DNA of 64,000 bases, taken from Anthoceros angustus. Its lineage: Eukaryota > Plantae > Anthocerotophyta. Made by a program: the position numbers and the translations under genes. The notes beneath the pieces are model-generated. The model was given only the letters and a program-made list of their open reading frames with translations. It was not told the DNA's origin and searched no databases. This document shows positions 39,933-52,176 of the stretch, piece by piece; positions within the stretch are counted from its first letter, which is position 1, and each line of letters begins with the position of its first letter. The DNA is taken from the NCBI GenBank assembly GCA_010909165.1, contig MU008162.1:434001-498000 (forward strand). The letters run 5' to 3'.

Positions 39933-41162
39933 CAACTAAAGGACATTGAGGTCTTGTCCAAACTTCCAAATGTCTTACAACATTTTATTTTTGAGGAGAA
40001 TAATTGGAAAGGGCTGGAGGACAAGCAGCGTGCTTTGGCAGACAAGGACCTTGAGGAAGGATTGGAGGTGTTCAGTGTTCCCTCCTCGGAAAAACAAGTG
40101 CAATACCAAGTGGAAAGCAGAGATGTGTTAGACATGTGAGGATTTCTGAGAGGACGGAAGTACACACTTCTCGTGATGGACGTTCCAAGGGGGTTTCAAA
40201 TCAGGCCCTTGGACAAACGAGTGGACAAGCTAATGATGGACACTGTTTTGCAGAGCTTTGCAGAGAAAACAACTTCCGATGAGTTGAGAATGATTGTCAT
40301 GCATGGTGTGGAGGAGGCTCACACCGTGAGGGAGTCCATGCGAAAGGGGAGCATGAAAGGGGGCTTGGTCTCATTCGTATGGGACAAGACCAACATGAAC
40401 AATGACAGGGGTGGGTTCGAAACCGTGGAATATATCACAGTGGGTTGGGGGATGAAAGATGCGTGCACAGGGGATAGAATTCCAATGATGCCCAATGCCA
40501 TGCACGACACTTTCAACAATGGGAGGTCTGTGATTGCTCATGATACGGTTGTGAAGAAACAGGTGTACATGTCACAAGACAAGTTGGGGGTTTGCCCATA
40601 CCAGAGGCCTCTGGGGCTTATGATGAAACTTATCAAAACCTTCTAGAGAGAGGGAGATTGGATTTTGGATGTATGCTCTGGGAGTGGGACAACGTTACTG
40701 GCGGCCTACTATGCAGACGGAATTGTATTGCTATTGAAGCTGACTTTGAGGTGTGCAGGATATATTCCCCAGGGGATCCATGGGTATGAGGTTCTGCCAT
40801 ATGCTGACGAAGAACTGACATTTGAGGCCCACCGCAGAGGACTTGCGCAATTTTGGGCAAAGAAGGTGTGTATCAGCGAGAAGGACTCTCTGCAAGCGCA
40901 GGTGGTTTCCTTGAACGCTAGGCGGCTGAAGACCAAAACTGGAGCCCTTTTGACAGAGGGCCAGCAACCATTGGATAATGTTTGGCAGCCTTCCACGACT
41001 CCTGACGACGACGACACACGACTAAACGAAGACTTAAGGGCCTTGGGGGAGAACGATAGCTTCGACAAAGAGGAAGTGGAGCGCATTCGAAATTTGGCTA
41101 TCGTGATGGATTCGGAGTTTGCTCTAGCCCCGGACGAGCCCCAAGTTAGCTCTAGGGAGTAG
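39933..41162 (+). pseudogene. Beta-class N6-adenine/N4-cytosine DNA methyltransferase-like gene remnant (N6_N4_Mtase family)
   Basis: One frame reads YQVESRDVLDM*GFLRGRKYTLLVMDVPRG (motif IV-like, 40179-40190)...FVWDK...VEYITVGW...PYQRPLGLMMKLIKTF*REGDWILDVCSGSGTTLLAAYYA (motifs X and I). After a 1-nt shift it continues RNCIAIEAD (motif II). Stops at 40137 and 40644. Preceded by an intron at 39825-39932 (GTGAGT..CTAAC..CAG). Confidence 0.8.
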
Positions 41163-41499
41163 GCTTAGTGTTCTCATGTCATGCGCATTTGTTGCTTCTT
41201 TCAGTTTGCAATGACTTTTGGACCCATTGCATTGAGGCAATTGATGTTTTCATTTTCCCCTCTTCCAAAGAAACGATGAGAAGGTGCTAACCGCTCGGCG
41301 CCCTCACTTCGTTTTATTGTCTTTGTTTTGTGAAAACGGGTTTTCACGATAACTACTCATTGGAACATGGTCGACCTTTCTTTAAAAACGAGGTAAAACG
41401 CATATTTCGGGACTGTGTGGAATGTGCTAAGAGGGTTTTCATGTCACACAAGGGGGTTTGGATATTCACGCCCTTCAAAAGATATCGTGTTTCCAGCTT

Positions 41500-43290
41500 A
41501 TGCTATGGCGGCATTCAGCACTTTCACATCTTCCACGATCTGGGCACGATGCAACTGGGGGCAAGGGGGTGGTGGAGGAGGAGCTGACACCTGGAGCTCG
41601 AGCTCTTGGTCCTCGTGGAGGTTCGTGGACGAAAAACCAACCTTGCAAACGGCAAGTTCCTATACATGTGCACTTGTGCAGTTGTCATGAAATTTAATAT
41701 GGGATCAAAACGGAATATAGCTTGGTTATCACGGCGTAATGTAAGAAAATGCTAAACCGTTGCATGAAGTATCTATTTTCAAATAAGGAACTTGTTAATT
41801 ATCTGATTATAATATGTACGTTAATCTACATACATGGACAACATCTCTTGTTGTCGAGGGTGGATTCTTCCTCTCCTATGGACCGAGTAATTGGAATAAC
41901 GAGATTGAACTAGTGTTTGATGTTGTCAAGTTTGGATTCCTCCTTTCATAGTTTTCAATCTCGATACACAAAATGAGATTGATAACTAGATTGGAAAAAA
42001 ACTAGGCAAAGATTAAGTTGTAAATAAAGGTGAGAAGGCAGTAAGACCCTCTATACAAAATCTTGTTATTTAATATATATATTATCTATTAAGTAGCCAA
42101 TGTTTGTCCGATGAAGTTACTTTGGAAATAAATAAATATTTGGTTCTAACAAACAATACAAGACACCTATGGCTACATTAAAGTGGTTTTGGTGGGGAGT
42201 ACTAGGTTACTTATGTTCTTCTTGTTTCTCTTCCACGAAGATGAAATGAGTCCATCTAATATAATGTAGGCCTTTCAATCTTCTTGCATGTGACATTGTC
42301 GGCGCAATATGTGACTTTACGTAGGAGCTTAGTTGCTCCAATTTCTGCAAGGTTCCCCTTGGCGCCTCGACCCTATGATGTCCTCTATTAGATGGGCTCT
42401 CTCCATCATCTCTCCTACCTCAATTTTAAAGCTTCATCTATTGAGGCTAGTATTTTCGAGCAAAATCATTGTCGGTGAAGGCACAAAAGATTTATGTGAC
42501 AATAAGTAGTTGTTTGCATGTGTCAAGCTGGTGGTATGCTTCGAAATCATGTCCAATTTCGCCGGGCGTTGCACTGATGTGTTGTAAGGGTTGTAGAACC
42601 CAAAAGTGGGCTTCCTTTTCAAACTCTCCTCAAGTTTTATTTGGTTATCGAACCAATAAGTGCGCTTCTTTATTTGCAGTATCCTTCTGCGTTTGATGGG
42701 GCGAGGTGACGCCGATGGGACATGATCCCAAACATCACGCTTCCGTTTCAAAGAGACCTGCTTTCGTTTCAAAGAGACCTGCTTTCGTTTCAAAGAGACC
42801 TGTAGGAAAACCATATATATAAGCCAATATGATATTATGATATTACATAGTCAAAGTAAAAAGGTTAATATGCTTATGTTCAGTGAGAGTTGGATGAAAG
42901 AAGGTATGAAGCAAGAAGGGATGAGATCCACTTTCTAGCATGAGAGCATATGTTACACACGGATACCTTGATAGGGAGGGAGCATGAAGGTGTTTGATCA
43001 TTTGGTGAGGCTTCAGGAGATGTCTGAACAACCAATACATAAACAAGTAAGGACTATACATGACATGTTCTAAATTGTGAGAAGACTCGACATCACATTT
43101 CTTGCAAGCTGCTCATAGTTGCCTTGCTACAAGTAGTCGCAAAAAGTTCATTGACATCATCGTGATCATAAAGGATACGCTAATAACTCACCTGACGAGA
43201 AAGGAATCGCCATACGCGAGACATAAGGTCCATGTCTAATCCTCCACTGAATTTTTTTTGAAATAGTAGAAAAAATAAATATGTAATTTT
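41500..43290. repeat. Orphan ~1.8 kb partial copy of the 2.6 kb array unit
   Basis: TGCTATGGCGGCATTC through GAAATAGTAGAAAAAATAAATATGTAA is collinear with the array, same orientation. Includes 3 x 21-bp TTTCAAAGAGACCTGCTTTCG at ~42746-42802. Confidence 0.95.
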
Positions 43291-43575
43291 CTACGAAGAT
43301 ATTCCTTTTTATGGGTGTTGAAATTGCTTAGATGTAATTGCCACAAAGTTGAAAAGTTAGACTGCAACGATAAGGCAACATGTGTGGAATAATAAGGGAG
43401 GGTAAAGATTTGAGGAAAAGACAGGAGATGAGAAGCCGTGAGTCCTTTTTATATCAGAGTACATGCTAAACTAGAAACTAAGTAGCTTCCTAAATATGTT
43501 ACAAACTTTCTTTTTTTGAACAGCTAATATATTGTAAACCAAAGATTTTCAAAAGGAAATATACTTTGGGGAGAA

Positions 43576-43803
43576 AGAAGCTAAGGATAACCAATATGGA
43601 CATGCTAGCTATCTATCACTCTTTGTGTTTTTCACTATAAGTTCTAAATAAGAAGCTAAGGATAACCAATATGGAGATACCAACTGTTAGTCACTTTTTT
43701 GTTTTTTCCACTATAAGTTCCGAATAAGAAGCTAAGGATAACCAATATGGACATGCTAGCTATTTGTCACTTTTATTTTTTATTTCACTATAATTTCCAA
43801 ATA
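43576..43803. repeat. Tandem repeat 3 x ~76 bp
   Basis: AGAAGCTAAGGATAACCAATATGGA at ~43576, 43651 and 43727. Confidence 0.9.
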
Positions 43804-44065
43804 ATACTCTAAGCATATTCCAAGTTCCATATAAAATACCCATATTGTACTTGTCACCTCAGCCGTAGCTGGAAACTTTTAGCACAGCCCTAAAACTTTT
43901 TGAAATCAGGCATATATATTGGTGCACCGATGGTACTAGCGCTGAATCAGGCACCCATTTTCTTTAATCTTTTTGCCCCTCTATGTTCTTTTCTTCATAG
44001 CCCAAACCCTAAACCCACCGATAAGAAACTCTAAGCGGAAAAGAGAGAACATGGAGGGGCAAAAA

Positions 44066-44290
44066 GAATACGACTATGCGAACGCAGCTACAATCTAGTC
44101 AAGAGTGTTAAAGAATAAGACTATGGGGACGCAGCTACAATCTAGTCAAGAGAGTTAGGGAATAAGACTATGTGGACGCAGCTACAGTCTAGTCGGGACA
44201 GTTAGGGAATAAGACTATGTGAACGCAGCTACAATCTAGTCAAGAGAGTCAGAGAAAAGAGTATGCGGACGCAACTATAATCTGTGAAGA
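44066..44290. repeat. Tandem repeat ~5 x 47 bp
   Basis: GAATAAGACTATGnGnACGCAGCTACAATCTAGTCAAGAGnGTTA units. Confidence 0.9.
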
Positions 44291-44919
44291 GACAAACTCT
44301 CAGCAAACCCGACATCGCGAAAGATCTTGCTCCACCAGCAGACTCTATACCTGACATGGAAGACGTGCATTCAGGCTCAGTCCATCTTTGCAGGCACCAG
44401 TGCTCACACAAGCCCTCACAGGACATTCTGCCTCCATTTTTCAACCGCCTCTTTGTAAGCTGTTGAAAACATGGTGGGCATCTTCCAGTCCATCACATGT
44501 TGAATACTGGATACATGCCCTTCTACACTACTCTTAACCACGATCTCTTGCCTTCCAGCCAGAGGCCTTTCAAAGGCTCCTACATGCGCTCATGTTCAGC
44601 CTTTCAAAGACCTCCGGTGGGGAGGCAAAAGTTCCTGGTTACTTCGGCTTCGGACTGTGATACGAAGACGCCTGTACAAAACTGGGCGTATTTGCTAAAG
44701 TGCGACCTTGGCGATGGCAGCATGCATCCTCCCCCTCACGAAGGGGGGGACTACAAGTTACACATTACCCTCAAAAAACACACCACTGACCCACTGTTCT
44801 GCAATCGCCCTACCTGAGCATGTCCGCCCTACGGAAGACAACTACCTACAGCTGCCTCTATCTATCTACGGCTGCCTGCAAAAACACTATCTACAGCTGC
44901 CTGGAAAAACACTATGTCC

Positions 44920-45860
44920 CACTGCCTAGGCCACAGCACGCTCCTCCGCCCTCTAGCCATCCAGGTCCACGCTCTCCATGCCTTCCTCCAGCCGCACACA
45001 AGCTCTCTTCAGCACAGCAAGAGTCCATGCCACCACATCTTTTTTTTCATGCTGTCAGAAACCTGGAGTGCGTCTAGGAGTTCACCACATTTTGCATACA
45101 TGTCCACCAGGCAGTTGCCCACCACTACGTTATCGAGCAGTTCTGTCTCAACTATCTGTAAGTGCAGGTACCTGCCCTTCTTTAAGCCACCAATGCTTGC
45201 ACAGACCTTAAGAAGGCAAGCAAAAGAAACATGTGTAGCCAAAGTCAGGCCCGCCTGCTCCATTTGTCCATACAGAACAAGCACCTCTTGGTCGAGTGCT
45301 TGTGTCACCACATCTTCGTGTTCAAGCTGGAAAAAACCTCATTTTGCATACCCAGCATTCAGGGCATTCCATGTCACCACATCCTTCGTGGCCATGCTGT
45401 CAGAAACCCGGCCGCCGTGCATCTTTCAGTTCACCACATTTTGCTTAAACGTCCACCAGGCAAGTGACCACCTGTATGTCATCAAGCAGTCCCTCGTTCA
45501 ACAATACCTTCCCTCCTTCTGTAAGGCACCAGTGATTGCCAAGCCTTGAGAAGGCAGGCCAAACTAACATGATTACACAAAATCAGCCCCTGTGCCTCAT
45601 GTCCGAGCCCTTCCTCGGCATACCCAGCTATAAAATATCAGGGCATTCCATGTCACCACATTCTGTGTTCATGCTGTCAAAAATCTGGCCTGAATCTTCA
45701 GTTTGCCACATTTTGCATACGTGTCCACCACGCAGGTGCCAACAGACACGTTTAGAGGAATGCACTTTTCTGCCAGATCAAAAGTCGACGGAAAATGCTT
45801 GTACAAGCTTGAAGGGCAGCTACAAAGACGTGAGCATCTGCCATCACTCTTCACCTACGC
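44920..45860 (-). pseudogene. PLS-class pentatricopeptide repeat gene remnant
   Basis: FACLLKVCASIGGLKKGRYLHLQIVETELLDNVVVGNCLVDMYAKCGELLDA and VSVGTCVVDTYAKCG. Repeated DVVTWNAL-type codons (GATGTGGTGACATGGAATGCCCTG). Multiple frameshifts. Confidence 0.85.
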
Positions 45861-46849
45861 ATCTCATGGTACAGCTGTCTTGCCCCACTGGGTCTCCCGT
45901 GCTTAGCATCAACCCAAGCTGGCTAAGACAGGTTGTTCAACAACCATGCAACTAGCGGAACTTGCTTGCAAGCGTCACTCCCAGGAATTCATCGTTTGTG
46001 TCAACAGACAGAACATGATGTCGTAGGAAATCAGCCCCAAGTGAGCACATGCATCAATTAGTCTGAACAGTAGTTGTTTCACTTTAGACGGAAATAGAGC
46101 ACATATTAGAATTCAGGAACGTGGCATTCTTGACTAACCATTATTCTCAAATTAGATAATGCGGATATCTTGACTCAAGCATTGTTATGAACGACTTGTG
46201 CAAGAAGCTTGTGGTTGTCATACATTCTGCTTGGGAGCTTGATAAACCAACCTTAAGAAAAAAAAACCAAATTCATAATATTTTTATATTATCTAATTTC
46301 TCATCCCAATAATATAAACCACATATTATATGAGATTAAGTTGGCATTGAATATACTCCAGTATTAGTCACCCGGACCTCCATAAGTCACCCATGTCCCA
46401 TGTTGATCCTCTTCATATCAACATTGTTGTAGTGCATATCGTATGTGGAAGGATCTTCGACATGAATTTGTCGCGATATGAATTTGTCGATTTGTCCTTC
46501 ACCCTAAGCCTCCAAAATAGGCTCATCACTTAAACAAGTATTTAACAAGACTGCAAAATAGGCTTATCGGCTAACTACCAAAGCAGCAAATTAACAAAAG
46601 AATTAGGCAAAATCCTAATCCTGCGAACAACCCCCTTGCAAAATCTGGTGAACAAACAGCATGAGAGAACCAGAGTTTGCACCTGCAGCTACCAAAAAAC
46701 CAAACCAGCAGGAAGCAAAACGCTTGGAAATGCTGGTCCCATAGATCGGTGGAGGACGAGGATGCAGATCATCTTCCTCATCTTCAGACAGCTGCTCGAG
46801 CTCATGAGAGCAATGAACATGCTGGGCATCTCACTGGTCTGATCCTATG

Positions 46850-47690
46850 TCCTCATGTACTTCTGCTCAAACCATCAGCATTCAAATGCACTTTACCTGC
46901 CCTATGCACAATCTCCATATTGTACTCTGACAATAGCAAAGCCCACCTTGCCAATTTCCCACTGAGCTTCATGTTTGTCATGAGCCAGTGCAGGGATTGG
47001 TGATCCGTCACCAATTAAAACCTCCTCCCAAACATATAGACACGAAAATATAACCTTTCCCAAACTGCATCTAAGCATTCACCTTCATAAGACGAATAAT
47101 TTTCCTCTGCCGAGTTATTAGACCTATTGGCATATGCCACAACTCGCTCCTCTCCTTGCTCTGTTACTTGAGAAAGCATGGCTCCAATTCCTGCAATGCT
47201 TCAATCTGTGTGTAAGACAAACGGTCTCTCAAAATCTGGTCGAGCCAACATGGGCCTTTCTGCGAGTTGATCTTTCAACTCCTGCCATGCTGGTTCATGC
47301 TCCAGTTCCCACTGCCAAGCCATATCCTTCTTGAGTAAATCATACAACGGCTTGTAGATCGCACTCATGTCCTTAATAACCTGCGATAGTAATTAACTAG
47401 GCCTGAGAAAGCCCTTAGTGCTGCCACATCTCGTGGCCTGGGCATCTGCGTCACAACCTGAACCTTTGCCAGCTGTGGCATGATCCCTTCTGGCACAATC
47501 TTATGCCCAGATACTCTATCTCTTGAAAGGCAAAGTTGCACTTCTTAGGATGTGTTTTCAACCCTGACTGTGACAGCCTTTGTAGCAGCATTTCCAAGTG
47601 CTGCAGATGCTCTTCCAGCGTCTCACTAAAAACCAATATGTCATCAATATAACACTTCACAAACAACATACCTTGCAGCTCTAGATCTGC
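46850..47690 (-). mobile_element. Ty3/gypsy pol remnant (RT C-half and RNase H)
   Basis: CYIDDILVFSETLEEHLQHL..KTHPKKCNF..IEYLG; DWSIAGIGAMLSQ; AEENYSSYEGECL; VTDHQSLHWL..GKLARWALLLSEYNMEIVHRAGKVHLNADGLSR. Confidence 0.92.
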
Positions 47691-47815
47691 GATCCGTTGA
47701 AATAGATAGAGGCATTCTTCAGCCCAAATGTGCAATTCACGTTGACTGATCCATGGGACTTTGTCCACATTGTGCAGGATGACTACAAGAAAATCCAAAG
47801 CTGGTTGGGGTAGGA

Positions 47816-48325
47816 TCATTGATGCAGTGTAATGCGGTTCTTATGCTCATTGAATCCGCAATTTCTGGAGAAACATAGCAAGCCTGGAAGTGCTGGAACT
47901 GGAACAACGTTAACATTAGTCATTAACAGTTCCTCAAGACAAATATGTTGCGGACGTATTGCAGGACGGCAGAAAAGCGCAGTTTGTGAAGAAGATGGAC
48001 TTGTCCACGTTGTGCAATTCACGTTGATTGATCCAACACTGTTGGCAGACTTCTCCATTGGTGTAGTAGGCCTCGAGTAGCCAGATGATTGTCCTTGTTG
48101 CCCATGTCTCGACTTCTGCTGGTATATATATCTGCCAGCACCCTGGTTGCTTGAATGGCTCCCTCTCACCAGGTTGTGCTCTTCCCAGTAGTTGCTGGTG
48201 ATAGTGTCTCCTTCGAGCACCTTTTCTACTATCAGGTACACCTCCTTTAACTCATATGCTTCTCCATGAAACATATGCACATATATTTTGATACCACTTT
48301 CGTTACCAAGCTTGGAAGAGGACAT
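47816..48325 (-). mobile_element. Probable gag remnant of the same gypsy element
   Basis: Low-complexity polar ORF ending in a degenerate knuckle (RNCGFNEH), immediately upstream of RT on the same strand. Confidence 0.5.
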
Positions 48326-48457
48326 AGAAGTATTAAAATATTCAATAAAACATATAGAATCAAGAAATTTATGCCTAATGCATCAACATCTATTCATGGG
48401 GGCATAAGTCTAATATAGTCTGTTCATTGAATGGCGTGGTCCTTGGGTCCTATTTTA

Positions 48458-50728
48458 GACCGGAACATGATACTTTTTGAAGGGGGGGAATATAGTAACC
48501 CCTTTCGATCGCAATGGCACCCCCTTGTCACATTTTACACCCTTCCTGCGATAACATATCTGCCAAGCTTTGATAATGGGCACACCCTTTCTGAGTCCAT
48601 ACCTTAAATAAAAGACGCAATTTCAATTGTACACCCCAGAACTAGAGCACTATAGGGCGCCGGCCCGTTTGCGTTTTTGTAGAATGCACAGTGGGCTGCC
48701 GTTTATTACAACCGAAAACATTTACTTTTCAAGTGGTGGAACACAATAAAATCATGGATTTTTAAGTAGAGTCTCATTTCGATTCGTGGAAAACCTTGCA
48801 ACAAACAACTGCTAAAGGAGGAAGTGGTCATCAACATCAACAATAGTCATTAAATAGGGCGGCTTAGCAACTCGTCCATGCCTTACGTCGAAATTGAGTC
48901 AAGGACCACTGCCAAATTCCGAAGGCGGTCCATATGGCTAGGGGAGGGCGCCGGCCGGCCCGCCCATGGGCGGTGTGTTGGGGCGCGGCGGTGGCCCACA
49001 AGGCGGTGGTGCTAGGAGGGCCCGGCCGGCCCGCCCATGGGCGGTGTGTTGGGGAGGCCTGGCTCCACCCGCATGCACCGGGTGGTGCTAAGGAAGGCCG
49101 GCCGCCTCAGCACCACCCGCCGCTGCATGCGGTGGAGCTAGGAGGGACAAGAAGAGATGCAGTATCCTATCATCGGAAGGCGTGGCCCATTTGCGGGGAA
49201 GGGTTAAAAGATTTGCGTCCATAGGATTCTTGAAGAGTACAAGTGATGCGAAGCCTTTTGGGTGGACGAAGGAGATTCCGCCATTGTGGTGAATAACATC
49301 GGGCTAGCGCTAGAGCGTCCTTGGAAGCGATTTTCACATGCAGTGGATCATCTGACCACCACTTCAAGTGCGGATGAAGCTTATTGGATGAGGCATTATT
49401 GAGGGACCTCTCACGCATGTGTATGTACTTGGGGCATATCAAAATGCCGGAAGGCAATAGTGGGAATAAGCGGATGAATGGGGACATAACGAACCGAAGG
49501 ATGTTTTTAGCGATTGCCGTGCACTACGGACACGCATAACAGGCCATTCTGGATTCGGGAGGTCATTGACGCGAAGCTAAATGCACCACGACCTCACTTT
49601 ATTATCCACTAGTATCGGACCGAGCACACAGATGCGTACGAAGGGAGATATGTGCAGGAATACATAGTCCGCCAGAGTGCCAACCCATCTGGTTCAATGC
49701 TGAGTAAAACAGGGAATAAGGTCCATCACCCAAAAAACATACTGGAGGTGTTTATGAATGAAACAGTCATCCTGTATGATGGGTTTGTGTTGAACGCACG
49801 GAAACATTTGTATGCGGTGGACAAAAGAGAGATAAAGGATAAGGTCTGCGAGTTGCGTGGCTTCATACAGCCTGCGAGTCAAAATGCCGCTGAAGATAGT
49901 GATGGCAATGCTGGAGAAGATGGACCAAGTGATGACGAAGGATTGAACTCTGGGGATGAGTGAAACTCAAATCATAGTTTTTGCCGGGGTCCTAGAGTGA
50001 ATGTTGTACGTCCGGTTCTAGATATTACCGTGTTTTGGAAATACCCTGTCCGTGGCTTTTGTTGTTTCTTTACTAAACTACATTTTCCTTCCAAAACTAA
50101 ATTTACGATCGTCCCTTCCCAGCAGAAATGGTCTTCATTACAGGTCCCACTTTGCATTAATCCCATAGGTTCGAGTTTGCGACCACCATTCGATAGAAAC
50201 ATTGCTGGGTGGATAGTAGTAACTTTACTGGGTGACATCCTTTTTTTCGAAGATGTTTTCCGGAATGACTAATAAACGCTGTTTTAGGGCCCATCAAAAA
50301 CCCCCTTCAGAGATTACCGTACCCCAAGGGGTGATTCGGCGTTAATTAATTAAAATTAGTAAAAGTTGAAAATCTAGAAATTATTATACTTAAAATGTTG
50401 AATAGGTAAAAATTTATGAGTTTATGATGCCGAAAATAAGGAAACTAGGGTTTGTGTGGAAAATTAAGGCCTATTTAGGGGAGGTCTATACATATCCATT
50501 AGTTTTATATATATACCTATATATTTTAATAAATGTTGAAATTTGATAAAATTATTTTTTGTAAATGTTGAAATTTTGAAAAATATAAATATTTATGTTG
50601 AACCTTATTTTTTTCAAAAAATAATTATTTCGGCATTATCGTGTTGAACCACCCCTCGGGGTACGGTATTTATGGAAAACCCCCATCGAGATTATTCACC
50701 CCCTTCAAAAATTATGGTGTTCCGGCAC
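48458..50728. mobile_element. Non-autonomous TIR element, PIF/Harbinger-like
   Basis: CCGGAACATGATACTTTTTGAAGGGGGGGAATA (48460) versus reverse complement of the right end CCGGAACACCATAATTTTTGAAGGGGGTGAATA (50725): 29/33 identical. TTA flanks both sides (48455-57, 50729-31). Confidence 0.65.
50317..50666. mobile_element. 350-bp MITE with TA target duplication (Tc1/mariner-type), nested in the TIR element
   Basis: TA|CCGTACCCCAAGGGGTGATTC ... GAACCACCCCTCGGGGTACGG|TA, with a very AT-rich interior. Confidence 0.85.
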
Positions 50729-51151
50729 TTAACGAGACTATCTGTCCCCGATGTCTCGTATCGGGAAGTGCACTCCTGATGTATACATGACAACTATGCC
50801 TCTATGTTTATCCTCAAGCCCGCAATGAGTGTTCATCCTCGCTACCTCACTTATGGAAGAGGCCTTCCCGATCCTTGACCTGCAAACCTAACAATACGTT
50901 CTAAGAAATTCCCATAGGCCTGAACTACTACCAAGTTAGAAAAGGCTAAACCACATGCTGTCTGTTTGGCCAGCAGTCCGTGAACACCTCAGGGCAATAG
51001 AATCCCATCCCACAGCATTGCGGCTTCACTCTTTTGAATCCTAGCTCATAGGTAAGGATAGGGCCACCAGTGCTACACATGGGTGTTTCAAACTGGCATC
51101 ATGAGTAGTGGAACCGACCCTACCATGAGGGTTATGAAGGTGTCCACGTAT

Positions 51152-51249
51152 GGCTGCAATAGCAAAATCCAAGGTGACCTTGGTTGCAGCAGCGAAATCC
51201 AAGGTCACCTTGGCTATAGCAGCGAAATCCAAGGTCACCTTGGCTGCAG
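51152..51249. repeat. 3 x 30-bp tandem repeat with an internal 15-bp palindrome
   Basis: GGCTGCAGCAGCGAAATCCAAGGTCACCTT-like units. CCAAGGT(G/C)ACCTTGG spans each junction. Confidence 0.9.
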
Positions 51250-52176
51250 GGCAAGCTCAAATTGGACTTCAAGGCTCTTACTAGCCATTGGCAAGGTCAT
51301 CCAAACTAGTGCTTAGTACAGAACCAACAAGTTTCTACCTACACCCAAGTTAAGATTCTGAGCAGAAAATAGGTTGGAGACCCAAGGAATAATGTTTCTT
51401 TTGCCTCTTCACAAATTAGACGCAATTGACAATTTGGGGCTACAACTTACTAGTATCTCCACCACGCCACATACTTTTGTGTGAAAATTGGAGAAGTGTT
51501 CAAAATTCTTCCGGATCTTGCTAATCTCGCAATGTGGAACTCCTTATTGCTACATCCATGTATGGCCCTGACCGTCCCAAGTGGCTTGGCCCCTTCTCCG
51601 CCAGCACTCCATCATACCTGAAGGAAGAATTTCCTGGCGACTGTTGACGGCCGGGCCTATCCGCGGACCCCAGACATTCACAAGAACAGGAGTTGGAGTT
51701 GATCCATGCTCGCGGGGCTATGCTATGGAGTGACAGTGTGTGTGCCGTGGCCATGGGTACTACAAATCGGTCCAGAAATGCCCAGATCCGATCGGAGCTT
51801 GGAACATCTTTCGTTCTTCCTCGTCTTTCGATTTGAGGAGTCCTCGTAGGACGTTGACTTGAGACACTGAGATAGGACTTGCTCGGCACATTTGTAACTA
51901 TTTATTTTACAAAGCACAGAATTTATTGAAAAAAAAGGTGGCTATATATGTGGTATATGGGTTCACTAATTATCGTATTGAAAATTAATCGTGTGATTAC
52001 CTTAAGTGCTACATATAGATGTTCTCTACTCTTCAAGGCTATAAGTCCAACCTTTTGATAGAGCTTGTTTGGTTGATCGGTGAATAATAATAATCCAAGA
52101 TAAAATCTTATTCTTAATCTCTCATTTGATTTACGAGGACAAAAGCCAATCCAAGACAAAGTTATGGGTCTTTTGA

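Noticed and set aside
39933-41162. MTase as bacterial contamination or an active R-M system
   Set aside because: It has an apparent spliceosomal intron and inactivating lesions, plant TEs lie on both sides, and there is no cognate nuclease. The nearby RLE motif belongs to the retrotransposon.
43576-44290. Regular short repeats resembling CRISPR arrays (also 51152-51249 and 58541-58666)
   Set aside because: Whole units are repeated with no unique spacers, there are no cas genes, and the context is eukaryotic; these are VNTRs.
50730-51450. Possible gag fragment on the minus strand
   Set aside because: Only a faint resemblance across multiple stops, with no LTR or PBS support; not called.
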